Source: the human T2T-CHM13v2.0 reference genome, Homo sapiens
Reading direction: 5' to 3' (one strand)
NCBI RefSeq assembly: GCF_009914755.1
Contig: NC_060939.1
Length of the DNA: 64,000 nt
Part shown: positions 32,205 to 45,907 of the stretch, piece by piece
Position numbering within the stretch: the stretch's first letter is position 1
Layout of the letters: the number at the start of each line of letters is the position of its first letter
Made by a program: the position numbers and the translations under genes
The notes under the pieces: generated by a model
Told to the model about the DNA's origin: nothing
Database searches by the model: none
What the model saw: only the letters and a program-made list of their open reading frames with translations

Positions 32205-34326
32205 GAGTTCAGAAACTGCTTTTCAATTTTTTATTAAAATGTTATTCTTCAAAGAGTATAGAAATACACCTGGCAATGACCTGTTAGTAGTCAGCCATCT
32301 GCTTCAAACATATATAAGAAACATACCCAACCAGATTCTGCCTCATCAAAATTTATTAAGTTGTACATATACAGTATATTATCAGAACAACACCAAAGTG
32401 GCTACACTTGACAGATTCTCCTAAAGTGGACATAATTTTCCTAGAGATTATTATTCCCCTTGATAAAAGTTGTAATGATTGTGAAAGCTTTGAAAGACAA
32501 GCTTGAAGGGCCACAGCATTGACTATCAGGGCAAGGAGCTATAGATGCCATGCACGCAGGGCCCAGAAGGCAGCAGAGCCGCAGGAGGCTGTGGCAGCCC
32601 CGTTTCTGCTGTGAGCAAACAGTGCTATGAGGAGACCAACACAAAGAGGAAGGTGCTTCCTCTCCAGGGGTAGGGTCTTTGGGTTCACATTCAGAAACAC
32701 AAGACACCACACCCAAGAGAAGAAAGGAAAACAAAACTCCCTACAGGGTCTGGGCTCCCTCCAAGAGACGGGGCCAGTGTGGCCAAAAGAGGGCACGAGT
32801 TGAGATGTGGAAGTTTGCTGGTGAGGACACCCACTTCCCTTCAAGCTTGCTCAAGGCACCAGACTAGCTCCTGTAAGTACCAAGAGCAAGAACACAACAC
32901 TCTAGAGAAAAGGGCAGAGCTGGCGCTTGGTTTGTCCTCACTAACAGGGAAGTATTATCTGCGGTTCTAATTCAACCTGGTGAAATCCACCCCAGAGGGG
33001 TCCCAAATTGCTTGTGAGGCTGATGAGTTGAGGACACTGCCCTCCCTCTTCTACCCAGTCTGGCTCTACAACGACAGGGAAGGAGGAAGTGAAGAGCTCA
33101 TCTGGGTCAGATGTTGCCTTGGCACTCTACAATGATTATTTCTCCCTGTTCTGTTCCTCCTCTGTGTCCAAAATTAAGAGAGAACCGCAGCTGTACAAAC
33201 AGACTGAAAAGGAGACTGGCCACACCTGAGTTCCGGAGTCTTCCTCGGAAGGAAACCATCTTTGTCAGATTCTTGCCAACCTTTTGGGCAGAGTCACCTT
33301 TCCAAATCAGGCCTTTTCAGTTTGATGTTTCCAAAGGACCCAGCTTACACTAACTCTCCATTTTAAAAATACCTTTTAATTCCTAAAGTTTGCATAAGAT
33401 GATTTTTTCAATATATTTGACTCATACTGGTTGTTACATAGCACCTTTCATGTGAGATCATAGGGAAGAAAAAAAAACTACAGCGCCATAGGCATCTCTC
33501 AGGCATCTCCCCCGTAAGCTTCTCTCTCATTTGTTGAGAAAACACAATTTAAGGTGAAAGACAGAGCGAAGACTTTTCAGTGTTTTCCAGCCAACACTGA
33601 CCCTGACTGGAGGGTGCAGGTGTATCTCTCTGAGGCGTTGGTGATGCCAAGGGAAAATCAGAATTATCAAGGACAAAATATCTCCCTTACTCCCGGGCAC
33701 ATCTATCGCCATGTGTACCATAGGTGAGGAATCGTCATTCCTTACCTACATCCCAATGAAAGGGACGAAGGGTATCAGGAGAAACAGTGAGTCATATGAC
33801 TGGGGCTTCCAGAGAAACAGTGTAAGACACCAAATCCCTACCTTCTCAACAGAAAATGTTTGACATGTTTAAGTTCATCAAACAGGCATTTTCTCTGGAG
33901 CCACCATGCTCCATCATGATCTTGGAATTCCCTTAGAGTGCTCCTGCTCCCTGCTCCTGTGAGCTCTGAAAGTCTTCTCTCTGTGTGTTCTCTGCAGAGC
34001 CCAGGGAAGTGAGGCATCCTCAGAAAGTGCACATGGGGTACCCACCTCAAGACCCATTCAAAACTGCCCAGCTCTTGTCCCCACAGAGAATAATGTGGAC
34101 TTCACTAAGGACATGGATCACTGAGATGGATACATATACTCCCTCAATAAAGAGGACACTGGATTTTATGTAGATTTCCCTATCATTCAAAAGCATCTGG
34201 CCCATATTGGAGGAATCAACTCACACTGAGTTGCAAGGAGATCATACAATCACATGGCCACAGCATTCCCACACTCTGGTGGGAATATGGAAGCTCCCCG
34301 TTGCTTCCAAGAATTTACAATCCTTG
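32205..34326 (-). other. GPR176: GPR176 3' UTR
   Basis: No obvious interspersed repeats between the stop codon and minus-strand AATAAA hexamers (plus-strand TTTATT at 32352-32357 and 32230-32235). Cleavage site estimated. Confidence 0.75.
32230..32235 (-). terminator. Polyadenylation signal AATAAA for GPR176
   Basis: TTTATT on the plus strand, with U-rich sequence further downstream on the minus strand. Alternative hexamers at 32352-32357 and ~32025. Confidence 0.65.
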
Positions 34327-35449
34327 CTAGGAATCCACCTTTGGAAAAATGCTCACTTTATTGTTTCTGCTCATCTTCCGCTCCACCCTGCCTACCTTGG
34401 GCACCTTTGTCTGGATCAGCTCTTCTGGGGTGTTGCCCAAGGGGGGAAGCAGCCGCTTCTTGCTGTTTCGGGTCTCTGAGAGCCACTGAGGAGGCAACTC
34501 AAAAGGCCCAAAGCCAAACTGCAGGGAATACTTATCAGGGAATGTTTCAGGTTCCACAGGGGCTGCCGGTGCCACCTGGGATACAGAGTCCACTGTGCTC
34601 AGGGGTGGGGCAGAGGGCGCAAACTGTGGCCCCTGCTCTCCCTCCAGGCAGGTGCTAAATATCTCCTTGGCCTGGAAGTCAGCTGAGCCAATGTACTTGG
34701 CCTCACTCTCTTCCTCATCCTCTGTGGGCTTAAAGATCTGCTGCTGCCCAATGTGGAACATCTCCAGGAGCTGGCTACCCGAGCGTATGCTGGGTTCCAG
34801 GCTGGCCTCAGCCATGCCACTCCCTGTACTGACCACATTACGGCGACTGTACCGGTGGTGTAGTTGCACCAGGGTCCCTATCAAGCACTTGCGGACAGAT
34901 TTGTTCACAGTAAGAAAGAGAACAGGGTTTGCCAGCAGGGAGACTTTGGGCAGCCAAACAGCAGTGAGCAGCAAGAAGACGGAAGTGTCAGGGACATTGA
35001 GCACAGTCTGGTAGACGACCAGGGTGGCATAGGGCACGCTACACAAGATGAAGACCATCACCATGGAGAGCAGGGTGGCGTGCAGCTCGGCCTCCCGCTG
35101 GGAGGCATAGGGAATAGAGATGGTGTTCTGTGGGGTCCGGAGCGCTGCTATGATGACCTTCTTCTTCTGGCTGGCACTCAGGGCCCGTCGGATCAGTATC
35201 AAGAAGAGGAACACCACCACCACAGGCACAATGACCGTGGTGATGTTATACACCAGAACGTACACCAGGTGGCCCAAGGAGTTGCTCCAGACTTCCGTGC
35301 AGGTGGACGTGGCATAGATGTCAGCCACATTGGTTACTGCAAACACAGGGACACTGGCCACCACTGCATGGGCCCAGATGTACATCACCAGTTCACGGGA
35401 CTTGGCATCAGATATTTTCCTCTCCAGTGGATAGAGGACTGAGTAGTAC
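34327..35449 (-). CDS. GPR176: GPR176 final coding exon (DRY motif to stop: TM4-TM7 and long C-terminal tail)
   Basis: Acceptor TTGCAG|GTACTAC at 35450/35449. 1123 nt to the TAG at 34327. Contains the 353-aa ORF (YIWAHA TM4, VIVPV TM5, CSVP TM6, NPVLF TM7, ending FPKVDS). Joins exon 2 in frame as D-R-YYSVLYP. Confidence 0.97.
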
Positions 35450-36466
35450 CTGCAAGATACACAAACAAAATTAATTCCACAGAAGATACTTTTTAAATTA
35501 GGGGAACCTAAATCACCAAAAGTAGATGAGAGGGAAGAAAGGTCAAGTTCTTCTATTCGGCCTAAGACAGAAAAGCACTGGGGGAATCCAGGAAGCCAGA
35601 CCTAAGTTTTGAGGACTTTGCAAGTACAATAAGAAGCGTCACTAGACCAAAAAATAAAAACCTTTCCAAAGGAGCAGCAAACCTGTCCTCATGAGGCTTT
35701 ACAGGAAAACAAGTAAATAATTTCAATTCATAGCTAGCTTTATAATTATTGCTACCAGGATGAAATCGCAAACAGTACCCTCCATATAAAAGATTTCTCC
35801 ATCTGCTATAAAGATATCTACTTTTCAATTTGAGGGTAAAGGGTAATTGGTAAACAATTTTATATGGGCTAAAGAAGCTTTAGGGCAATTTTCAAAGCTA
35901 CCAACAGAAATAAGTTTGTCTACACACATATCTAAAGCAGACTTATGCCACAGTCCAGATATCATTAACAATTAAAGTTGTTCAGGGCAGAAGAACCAGT
36001 ATGAAGAATGGACTCCGACAAGGTCCTTCCACAAAAATCAATTCAGCTGACAAAAGTTATGCCTGCTCAACAGTCATTGCTCCCATGATAATCACTCAGT
36101 AACCCTAAGGGCAATTAATAGGTCTAAAATGCCTGCACAATTAGATTTTTGTTAAAATCAGATGAGACATTGTTTTTCCTTCCAATATTTAACTTGATCA
36201 TTCTGTAAGCACCTAAACAGAATTCCAAAAGCATGCCGTTTCAATATCACCAGTGATTTGAGGGAACTGAATAACTCTTTGCACCCTAGAACCACATCTG
36301 TAGTAAAAGGGCTGCCACTAGCTCTCAGAGATATGGTCAGTTTCTTCACATTTGCTTGGCCATATCTGTGCAGTCAGTTAATGCTGGGGTTGACCTTACA
36401 ACCTTAGTGACACCCATTCACTCATAGGGCAAGTAAGCACATAAGCTTTCAGATAACAAGTACTTC

Positions 36467-36775
36467 TTTTTTTTTTTTTTTTTTTTTTTTTTGAGATAGA
36501 GTCTCACTCTGTCGCCCAGGCTGGAGTATAGTGGCATGATCTAGGCTCACTGCAACCTTCGCCTTCTGGGTTCAAGCCATTCTCCTGCCTCAGTCTCTCG
36601 AGCAGCTGGGATTACAGGCATGCACTACCACGCCTGGCTAATTTTTGTATTTTTAGTAGAGACGGAGTTTCGCCATGTTGGCCCAGGCTGGTCTCGAACT
36701 CCTAACCTCAGCTGATCCACCCGCCTCGGCCTCCCAAAGTGGTTGGATTACAGACGTGAGCCACCGTGCCCAGCC
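36467..36775 (-). mobile_element. AluS-like
   Basis: Reverse Alu with a long poly-T and TSD TAACA(A/G)GTACTTCT. Confidence 0.92.
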
Positions 36776-37829
36776 TCCTGTAACAGGTACTTCTGAGCAC
36801 CACCTATGCACCAGGTCCTGTGCCTGGCACTGGGTTATAAGAATGAAAAGACACAGGAATGTCTCTAAACCCAACGGGGACAAAGATACACACACTAATA
36901 ATTACGAACAAGGAGATGACAGCTCTACTAGAGGCAGGCACAAAGGAGGTACAGGTAGCGCCTAAAGCCACCTGGGAAAATAGCAAGAGAGGGAGACACT
37001 GCAGTGGAGTCTGGCAGGGGGACCAGCTGAAGGGGAACATTCCAGGCTGAAAGAGATGGGATGCAAACACAATAGCGACCATGGACAATCAGGGAAGGAG
37101 GGAGCATGGTAAGATATGTTCTAGATTTCTTTCTGGGAGGAGGGAAAAAGAGAAAGAAGTGCATAAGTGATGCATGCTTTCACATTTTTTTTTCTCTGAA
37201 TGTAGATAGTTTTGTAATGACAACTCAGTAAATATGTGATGGCCCCACCTGTACACATGAATAGATGCTTAGGAGTTCACTGGCTCTGACTGCCATTTGC
37301 TCACTGACATGTAACAAACCCAGGCTTCCATTAATTTCCAATCCCGTTACATGTTGGGAAACAGATTGCAACATAAGCACACAGGCTCACTATAAATAAT
37401 GTTCTTAGTGTGTACACCTCTAAACAGTGATGCAAGAAGTGTAGATGACCTCCCGATGAACTTGCTGACTTAGTACCATGAAATGAATAGCTATGAAGGA
37501 AGTGAGAGAAAAGACTGTCTTCTCTTCTTCAGGTGTACATGTGGATGCTTGTAAGTAATTTGCATCTGTGAATAACAAAATAGGAATTCACCAGCCCTGT
37601 TTTCCTACTAAAAGGACTTGTTTTACTTTTTAAAATTATGATAAATTTACAATAGCTTTTCTGCTGGAAAGAAAATGAGAATTTCTTACTGTTTTCGTAT
37701 TTCTTTGTTTAAGACCAAGGCCCCAGAAGTAACCCACAGGGATTATTGCATTGCTTCCAGGTATAACAGCAAACTGTTCAGAATAATGTATTCTCCTTGT
37801 TGAGTCTTATTTAAAAAAAAAAAAAAACT

Positions 37830-38300
37830 TTCAGGATTCATAGCAGCATTACTCACAATATCCAAAAAGTAGAAACAACCTAAATATCCACCAACTAGTA
37901 AATGGAGAAACAAATTTAGTATACTCCTAAAATTAAATGAATATATTATTTGGCCATGAAAAATGAATGAAGTACTGATACATTCTATAACATGAACTTT
38001 GAAAACATGCTGAGTGAAAGAAGCCAGACACAAAAGAACACACACTGTATGATTCCACCTACATGTAATGTCCAATAAAGCAAACATATAGAAAAAGAGA
38101 GTAGATTCATAGTTGTTTATGGTCTGGGGATGGGCACAAGGAGTGACTGTAAGTAAATGGGCACAAGTTTCTTTGTGAGGTAATAGAAATGTTTTAAAAT
38201 TATATTGTGATGATGGCTGTACAATTCTATAAATATATTAAAATTCATTGACTTGTATACTTCCAATAGGTGAATTTTATAATATGTAAATTATATCTCA
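37830..38300 (+). mobile_element. L1M (L1MB-like) 3' end
   Basis: tcatagcagcattactcacaata...atgaactttgaaaacatgctgagtgaaagaagccagacacaaaag...gtaaattatatctca. Confidence 0.8.
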
Positions 38301-40200
38301 GTCCAGAATATCAAACTGAAGACTTAAGACTTTACCACAGCAGGTACTACCAGGGGCATTCAGAAGGACACTGAACACAAAATGGTTCGACATAAAATGC
38401 ATTAGTGTACCCACCGGAAGTACTCTTGAGAAAGGACTCTGACTTCACTCTTATATTCCAGTCCTGTGCAATGGCACTTTCCAGATATTCAAAAAGCAAT
38501 GGAAGAGACATGCAACGTCACCATAAAGCAGGCGTGGCAAATTGGCATCTCAGGGCACACATTCATCTTGCTGAAGGGATTCACATGACCCACATAATAC
38601 TTTTTGAAAAAAAAAAATAATTGCCAACATTTTTAAATTATGGAATTCTAAATTTTTTTATTCCTCTTCTGAAAGAATAAAAAAGTCCTGCCCACCGAGT
38701 CTAGATTCCTACAAAGCAATTATTAGCTGCAACTGCTGAGCGGCTGATCCCCATGAACGAGAATGTGGACACACTCTCCACGTGCCACAATTGCAACCTG
38801 GTTATTGCTTGACTTGTCACCTGCCTTGTTTGGCTCCATGGATGGTGAGATTCCAGTCCCTTCTAAGGAGCTGGAGCTGCTCCCAGCAAGATCTGATGGT
38901 AACATGATTGCAGAAATATATCTAAGGAAGAATGTGCCATCAGAAGGGAAGCCTGAGAAAGAGAGGCAAATATTGGTGCAGCCCATCCTAACACAGGCCA
39001 TAAATAATTCACTTAATTATTTCTACTGCTCTGGAATCTGAGGCTCAGAAAGTTTAAGCAGCTTTACCCAAAGCCACTCAGCTAGAAAGCTATGTAGGCA
39101 GGACTCAAAGCCAGGCTTCTATTCCAACATCCATTCTCTTAACCACAATGGCAATGACTTCTCCCAGTATGCTGGGGGCTTCGTGTGACTCTGTGTCCCT
39201 CCATGCAGACAGCACCAGGCAGCTGAAGAAATCAGGGTCCCTGGCCTGAGAGGCTGAAATGACTCTATAGATGGGTTCTACAATCAATACCCTCACAGGT
39301 CATTAAGGTATTATGTTTTGAATGGACAAAGAGTTCTAAATTTTCAAATTAATCTAAAATGTAGTTAAATTTTAACATAGGGCATAAAATCAGAATAGCC
39401 TGCACTTTCCCTTCAGCAACGTTTCCTCTATGTTAATCTTGAAATCAAAAGTACTCATGGACATAAAATACTTTTCAATTCTTGTTTGCTTACTTAATTC
39501 AATTCTCTAGAAAATATTATCTAAACTGTATTCATGAAGCACTAGCTAGAAAGGAGAAAGGCAGGAATTTGCTGATTATGAGATCTTTATGCAACTTTGA
39601 TAAAATTGATAAAATTATGTAGAATGGCAGTAACTAAGATGTAAGGTTCACTTCCAAATGAACATCTTTTTAAAGAGGATAGGAAGAGAAAGCAATCACC
39701 ACTGCAATATGAAGCCTTGGAAATAAATCCTCCAGAGGAATTCTGGTGTTACCTAGCCAGATCCAAGTGGACCATCTAATCGCTTGTTAAATAACCACTG
39801 AATCATTCCCTTGTTCTTTCAGAGATGTTCCATACTGCATCAAAAAGCCCTAATTGCAGAGTTATCAATCAGATGAAAAATCTACTGCAAATTGCAACAC
39901 AAATACCACCAACTGCAACCAAGCTGAACTGACACCATGATCTAGCAGCTCTGCCCCAGCATCCTCACCATGGAACTCCCATCCCCAGGTCTTCTCTCAA
40001 TGGTTTTATTTTCCATGGCTGTTGCTAAATCCACCTGTCCTTTGTGAGGCATCTGTTTTGCACATTTATTCCCTTTCTGTTGATCACAAGCTGACTAAAA
40101 AGCAGTATACGGAACATTGACTACTCATCATTTGCTTCATGATGCTAATTTTTTAATACAACTTAAAAAAAAAAGTTAGCTCCTGGCTACCTGATCTTAC

Positions 40201-40453
40201 CTGTCCAAAGCAATAGCAGGGAAGCTGAGGATGGTCACAGAGCAGAATACTTTGTGCAAAAATTTGACGACCTTGCAGAAGAGCATGGTGTAGATCCACC
40301 AGCAACAGTGAGGACTGGTGCTGAGGATGATGTCGAAGGGCACACAGACCAGGCTGGCACAAATCCCCGAGCAGGCCAGGTTTTTAATGAACCTGTTGGT
40401 GACAGATTTGAACACGGTTGTGCGGCAAGTTGACCATAACACCATGAAGTTTC
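40201..40453 (-). CDS. GPR176: GPR176 internal coding exon (end of TM1, TM2, TM3)
   Basis: Acceptor TCTTTCATATCTGACCAG|GA and donor GACAG|GTAAGA. 253 nt, phase 1 in and phase 2 out. Translates (G)NFMVLWSTCRTTVFKSVTNRFIKNLACSG...FPAIALD(R). Confidence 0.97.
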
Positions 40454-40749
40454 CTGGTCAGATATGAAAGAAAATAAAATAATTTAAATAAAAATTTAAG
40501 AACTAAAAAAAGGAAAAAAGTACAGGTTAAAAAATGTAAAAAACACATTTGAGAGTTGATTTCAAAAGATTTAATGTAAATCCTAATATTAAAATTTAAC
40601 ATATATGATACATTACAGTCAATTTATGTGAAATTATTAAATCACATATCAATAAGTCTAGAAAAAATTTTAGTGGTGAGTTTCTCTATTTAATTTTGGG
40701 CAAAATAGTATTATAACGATGGCTTAGTCTCATCAGTGTATAAACAATT

Positions 40750-41935
40750 TGCTAGTTATTACTTAATCCCAGGCAGTCTGCTCTTATCAAGTTTTCTAGT
40801 GACCTCCATGTTGCCAAACTCTGCAACAGAAATACAGTGCAAACCGCACATGTCATCTTAAATTTATGGTAGCCATGTTTTAAAAAAGTAAAGAGAAGCA
40901 GGTGAGATTTTAATAATATTTTTTATTCAACCCAACAGATCCCAAATATTTCAACATGTAATGATTACTTTAAAATTATTAATATTTTTCATTGTTGTTT
41001 TTGTACTAAGTCTTCAAAATGCAATGTGCATTTTATTTTACACTTACAGCACATCTCAGTTTGCACTAGTCACCTTTCAATAGCCACATGCAGCTAGTGG
41101 CCACCACACTGGACAGCACTGTTCTAGACTTCAGCAGCAATGATGCAACCAATCATCTCTCTTTGAGCATTGTCCTCTGTGGCTTCCACAGGCCTACAAT
41201 CTCCTGGTTTTCCTTCCACCCTCCCGCTTCCGCCAGTCCTTGGCTGCTGCAAGTCTACTCTTACCAGGTTTTACAGAAGAGCATGGTACAGCTCCGCCCC
41301 CTCTATCCTCTCTCAATAGCCTCTCCCTACGTTAGACTACCCATTCTGGTAATTTTCCATCAAAATGCTGATGACTCCCAAATTCATGTCCTAAAGTAGG
41401 GTTTTCCCCTCAACTCCAGAATCCTTTTTCCAGATAAACTTCTGATACCCCTCTCAATCCCCACCATGTTCCTCAAGGGTTTACCTACTCCGATGCCTGC
41501 TGCCTAATCTCATACCTTCCTTCCCCTGGCTTGCTGGGCTCCAGCCACTCTAGTCTTTGTGCCATTCCTGAAACACATCAGGGCTAATCCTGCCTCAGTG
41601 CCTTTGTATACATTTTCTTATACTGCTTGGGATGTTGTTCATATGTCTGATTACTTTAAATCCCAGTCTTAGTTTAAATGCTGCCTTGTCAAAAAAGCCT
41701 TCTCTAACCATTATTTTATTTTAAACACTAACTGCTCCTGCCTCCATTATGCTCCATTATCATATCCCATTGCATCCTTCATAGTTCTCATCACAATTAT
41801 TCATTTGTTGACTTGTTATCTCTCCATTTCATGAAGAAAAACTGTATCAATCTTGTTCACTGTTGTAACTCCATGCCTAGCTCAGTATCTGGCACAGAGT
41901 AGGCATTTGATAAATATTTGTTGAAGAAATGAATT
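40750..41935. mobile_element. L2 with an inserted MER33/MER3-like element (~40815-41125)
   Basis: L2 3' end (tatctggcacagagtaggcatttgataaatatttgttgaa) and MER3/33 end (tagccacatgcagctagtggccaccacactggacagcac). Confidence 0.7.
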
Positions 41936-42573
41936 TGTAAAATAAGCAGACACACGGTAATCAAAAGTCCCTGTGGTAAGAGAACCCCTTTTGTAGTATG
42001 TATGTCATGTAAAGATATTCTAAGTCAGCAAGCAGTTCCCAAATCTCACCATACGTCGGAATGACTGTACCAGATATACTGAATCACAGTGCATAAGTAT
42101 GAAACTGGGAACCTGCAACTGTAACAGGCACGTTGGTACAGTTGGCCCCCAGACTACAGTTTCTTTTAAACCACTTTTAGACAGAGTCCACAGCCCCATG
42201 CTCAGACTCTCACAGGGAACCAGTCCTCAGGTGTGAAGGGCAGCCTGCTGAGGGGTTTTATTAGCATTTACATGCTCATGAATGAGGAAAGTTGTTTTCA
42301 TGCTGTTATTTCTTTAAAACCCGAGACTGCTATAATCACATTTTATTTCCATCTATTTATATGCCTCTAGACAGCATGCAGAGCCTAATCTCTTCTGCTA
42401 TTAAGAACCTGAGGCTAAATAGTCCTATGTTCTTTCCATTCTCTAAACCTCTGCTCTCGCTCTCTCCTCATTTAAAACTGACTCATTTGGTTCTAAGAAC
42501 CTGAATTGGATGAACATGTCAGGATACAAGCACCCATACCCAATACCCATTTGGTTACACATTTAAAAATAAA

Positions 42574-42612
42574 TGTGTGTGTGTGTGTGTGCGTGTGCAT
42601 GTACATGTGCAT
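42574..42612. repeat. (TG)n and alternating purine-pyrimidine tract
   Basis: tgtgtgtgtgtgtgtgtgcgtgtgcatgtacatgtgcat. Confidence 0.85.
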
Positions 42613-43015
42613 GCCCACACAGCAACAAAGCAAGATAACTATATGATTATTTAACCTCATTAGCACTTCAGATTCTCCTTCGTTTTACAAGGCATACCAA
42701 GTAAGGATAACTCATTATATATTTAAGTAACAAAATTTTCAACCTCTATATACTTTTTATTTTAGAGGTCACATTCTAAGTCACCTAATCTACCCTAGAA
42801 ATGATCTAAGCTCTGGAACCATTCCAATTCCCTATGTATTCCCATTATACTTTCTAATGTTTAATTCCATGACAATACTCAACGCCATTGCTGTGGACAC
42901 AGCAACACAATTAGGACATACAGCCCATACAACCAAAAAGGAAATAAGAGGTAGAGAGTGGTGACATTGGTACAAGTCTGCCCTCCCTGGGACTGCTGTA
43001 ACTATGTCATTCCTC

Positions 43016-43470
43016 AAGAAAAATAACTAACGGATACTAGGCTTAAGACCTGAGTGATGGCCGGGCGCGGTGGCTCATGCCTGTAATCCCAGCACTTTGG
43101 GAGGCTGAGGCGGGCGGATCACGAGGTCAGGAGATCGAGACCATCCTGGCTAACATGGTGAAACCCCGTCTCTACTAAATATACAAAAAATTAGCCCAGC
43201 GTGGTTGCGGGCGCCTATAGTACCAGCTGCTCGGGAGGCTGAGGCAGGAGAACGGCGTGAACCCAGGAGGCGGAGCTTGCAGTGAGCTGAGATCGTGCCA
43301 CTCCAGCCTGGGTGACAGAGTGAGACTCCGTCTCAAAAAAAAAAAAAAAAGACCTGAGTGATGAAATAATCTGTACAACAAACCCCCATGGCACATGTTT
43401 ACCTATGGAACAGACCTGCACATCCTGCACATGTGGCCCTGAACTTAAATAAAAGTTAAAAAAAATACAA
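43016..43470 (+). mobile_element. Short L1P 3' end with an AluY-like insertion (43059-43350)
   Basis: Alu TSD AAGACCTGAGTGAT on both sides. L1 tail aataatctgtacaacaaacccccatggcac...cctgaacttaaataaaag. Confidence 0.88.
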
Positions 43471-44643
43471 ATTAAGACTTCTCGTTCTGTAATATACTTA
43501 ATAGTCAAAGATAGTGGATGTGGAAGACAAAGCCATGTGAATTAACCACAACTCTGACAGACAGTGCTTGATTGATAATGAAGAACCTTTTTCCAACTAA
43601 ATTTTGCCTCTGCAAAATTTTAGCTTTGGTTGTCCTTTTAAACCGGTTTATTGGCTTTGCATCTTTGAGAGCAACAATTCTGGCCTGTTAAAGAGACTAG
43701 TAACTAAAATGAAAAAGATATTCCAAAAGAGCATTGGGAAATCGTGTGCATCTGAGAATCCTTCTGGGAAAACAGACACATTACCTCTTTGAAAACTACC
43801 AGCTTCCCCAGAGACTTAAAGCAGTAAAATATCCATGGCCATGCTTGTACAGAAAGATAACATGCCACCCAGAACATTCTAAAAACTAGAACTTGAGAAA
43901 AGCTAATGCAAAGTGGAGGTGATATAAAATTACAAGGAAAAGCCTATGACAGACTGTGCCAAGAGGGAGGCCAAAGTGGATCGACAAGGGTCAGAAAGCC
44001 TACAAAGGAACTTTTACACTTAGTATACACCTTGTGATGCAAGAGGAAAGTTTAAACAAGTAACAGTAACCCCATAATAGAAGAAACAACCAGCCAACCA
44101 CTACTTTGTGTTGCTGGATTTTTAAATGCCTTATTTGCTTCAGTTTGCAGTCCAAAATGTAACCAAGAAGAGTCTCTTGGGTTTAAAGAATTGTGTGAAG
44201 GGCATATTAGGAAAGGCTTTTAACTAATATGCCAGGTAACAACAGGAATGACTTTTAACCTAACTATGCATTTATATATAAAGTAGCTTTCTTATAGACA
44301 GCATATAGTTGGCTCTTGCTTTTTTTAACTGATCTGACAATCTCCATCTTTTAATTGGTATATTTAGAATATTTGTGTTTTTAATTTTAATTTTAATTTT
44401 TTTTTTAGAGACAGGATCTCACTATATTGCCCAGGCTGCTCTCAAGCTCCTGGGTGCAAGTAATCTTCCTAGCTCAGTCTTCCAAGTGGCCGAGACTACA
44501 GATGCACGCCACTCTACCCAGCTAGAACATTTACATTTAATATAATTATTGATATGGTTGTATTAAAATCTGCCATCCTGCCAGTTGTTTCCTATTGATC
44601 CCATCTGTTCTTTTTTCCTTTTTCTCTTTCTGATTTAGGATTA

Positions 44644-45182
<539 letters not shown>

Positions 45183-45353
45183 GACTGAATATTTTTTATA
45201 ATTCCATTTTATCTCCACTGTTGGCTGATTATTTATACTTCTTTTACTTTTTTTCGTGGTTGCCTATATTTACAACATACATCATGAATTATAATCTACA
45301 TTCAAATACTATTATACTGCTTCACATGTAATATAAGAATCTTATAACAGTAT

Positions 45354-45907
45354 TGTAATGGTTAATACTAAATGTCAACTGGACTGGATTGAAGGATGCA
45401 AAGTGTTGGTTTTGGGTGTGCCTGTGAGGGTGTTGCCAACAGAGATTAACATTTGAGTCAGTGGACTGGGAAAGGCAGACCCACCTTCAATCTAGGTGGC
45501 CACAATCTAATCAGCTGCCAGCACGGCAAGAATAAAAGCAGCAGAAAAACGTGGAAAGACTAGACTGGCTAAGGCTAAGTCTTCTGGCCTCCATCTTTCT
45601 CCCGTGCTGGATGCTTCCTGCCCTTAAATATCAGAATCCACGTTCTTCAGCTTTTGGACTCTTGGACTTACACCAGTGATCTGCCAGGGGCTTTTGGACC
45701 TTTGGCTACACACTGAAGGCTGCACTATTGGCTTCCCTACTTTTGAGGTTTTGGGACTTGAACTGGCTTCCTGGCTCCTCAGCTTGCAGACGGCCTACTG
45801 TGGGACTTCACTTTGTGATCGTGTGAGTCAATTCTTCTAATAAACTCCCCTTCATATATACATCTATCCTATTAGTTCTGTCCCACTAGAGAACCCTGAC
45901 TAATACA
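45354..45907 (+). mobile_element. ERVL solo LTR, MLT2A-like (length fits MLT2A2)
   Basis: TGTAATGGTTAATACT...GAGAACCCTGACTAATACA with a perfect 5-bp TSD AGTAT. Confidence 0.88.

Noticed and set aside
34254-35442. Plus-strand ORFs (134, 139 and 192 aa) antisense to GPR176
   Set aside because: Shadow ORFs produced by the codon bias of the GC-rich coding exon.
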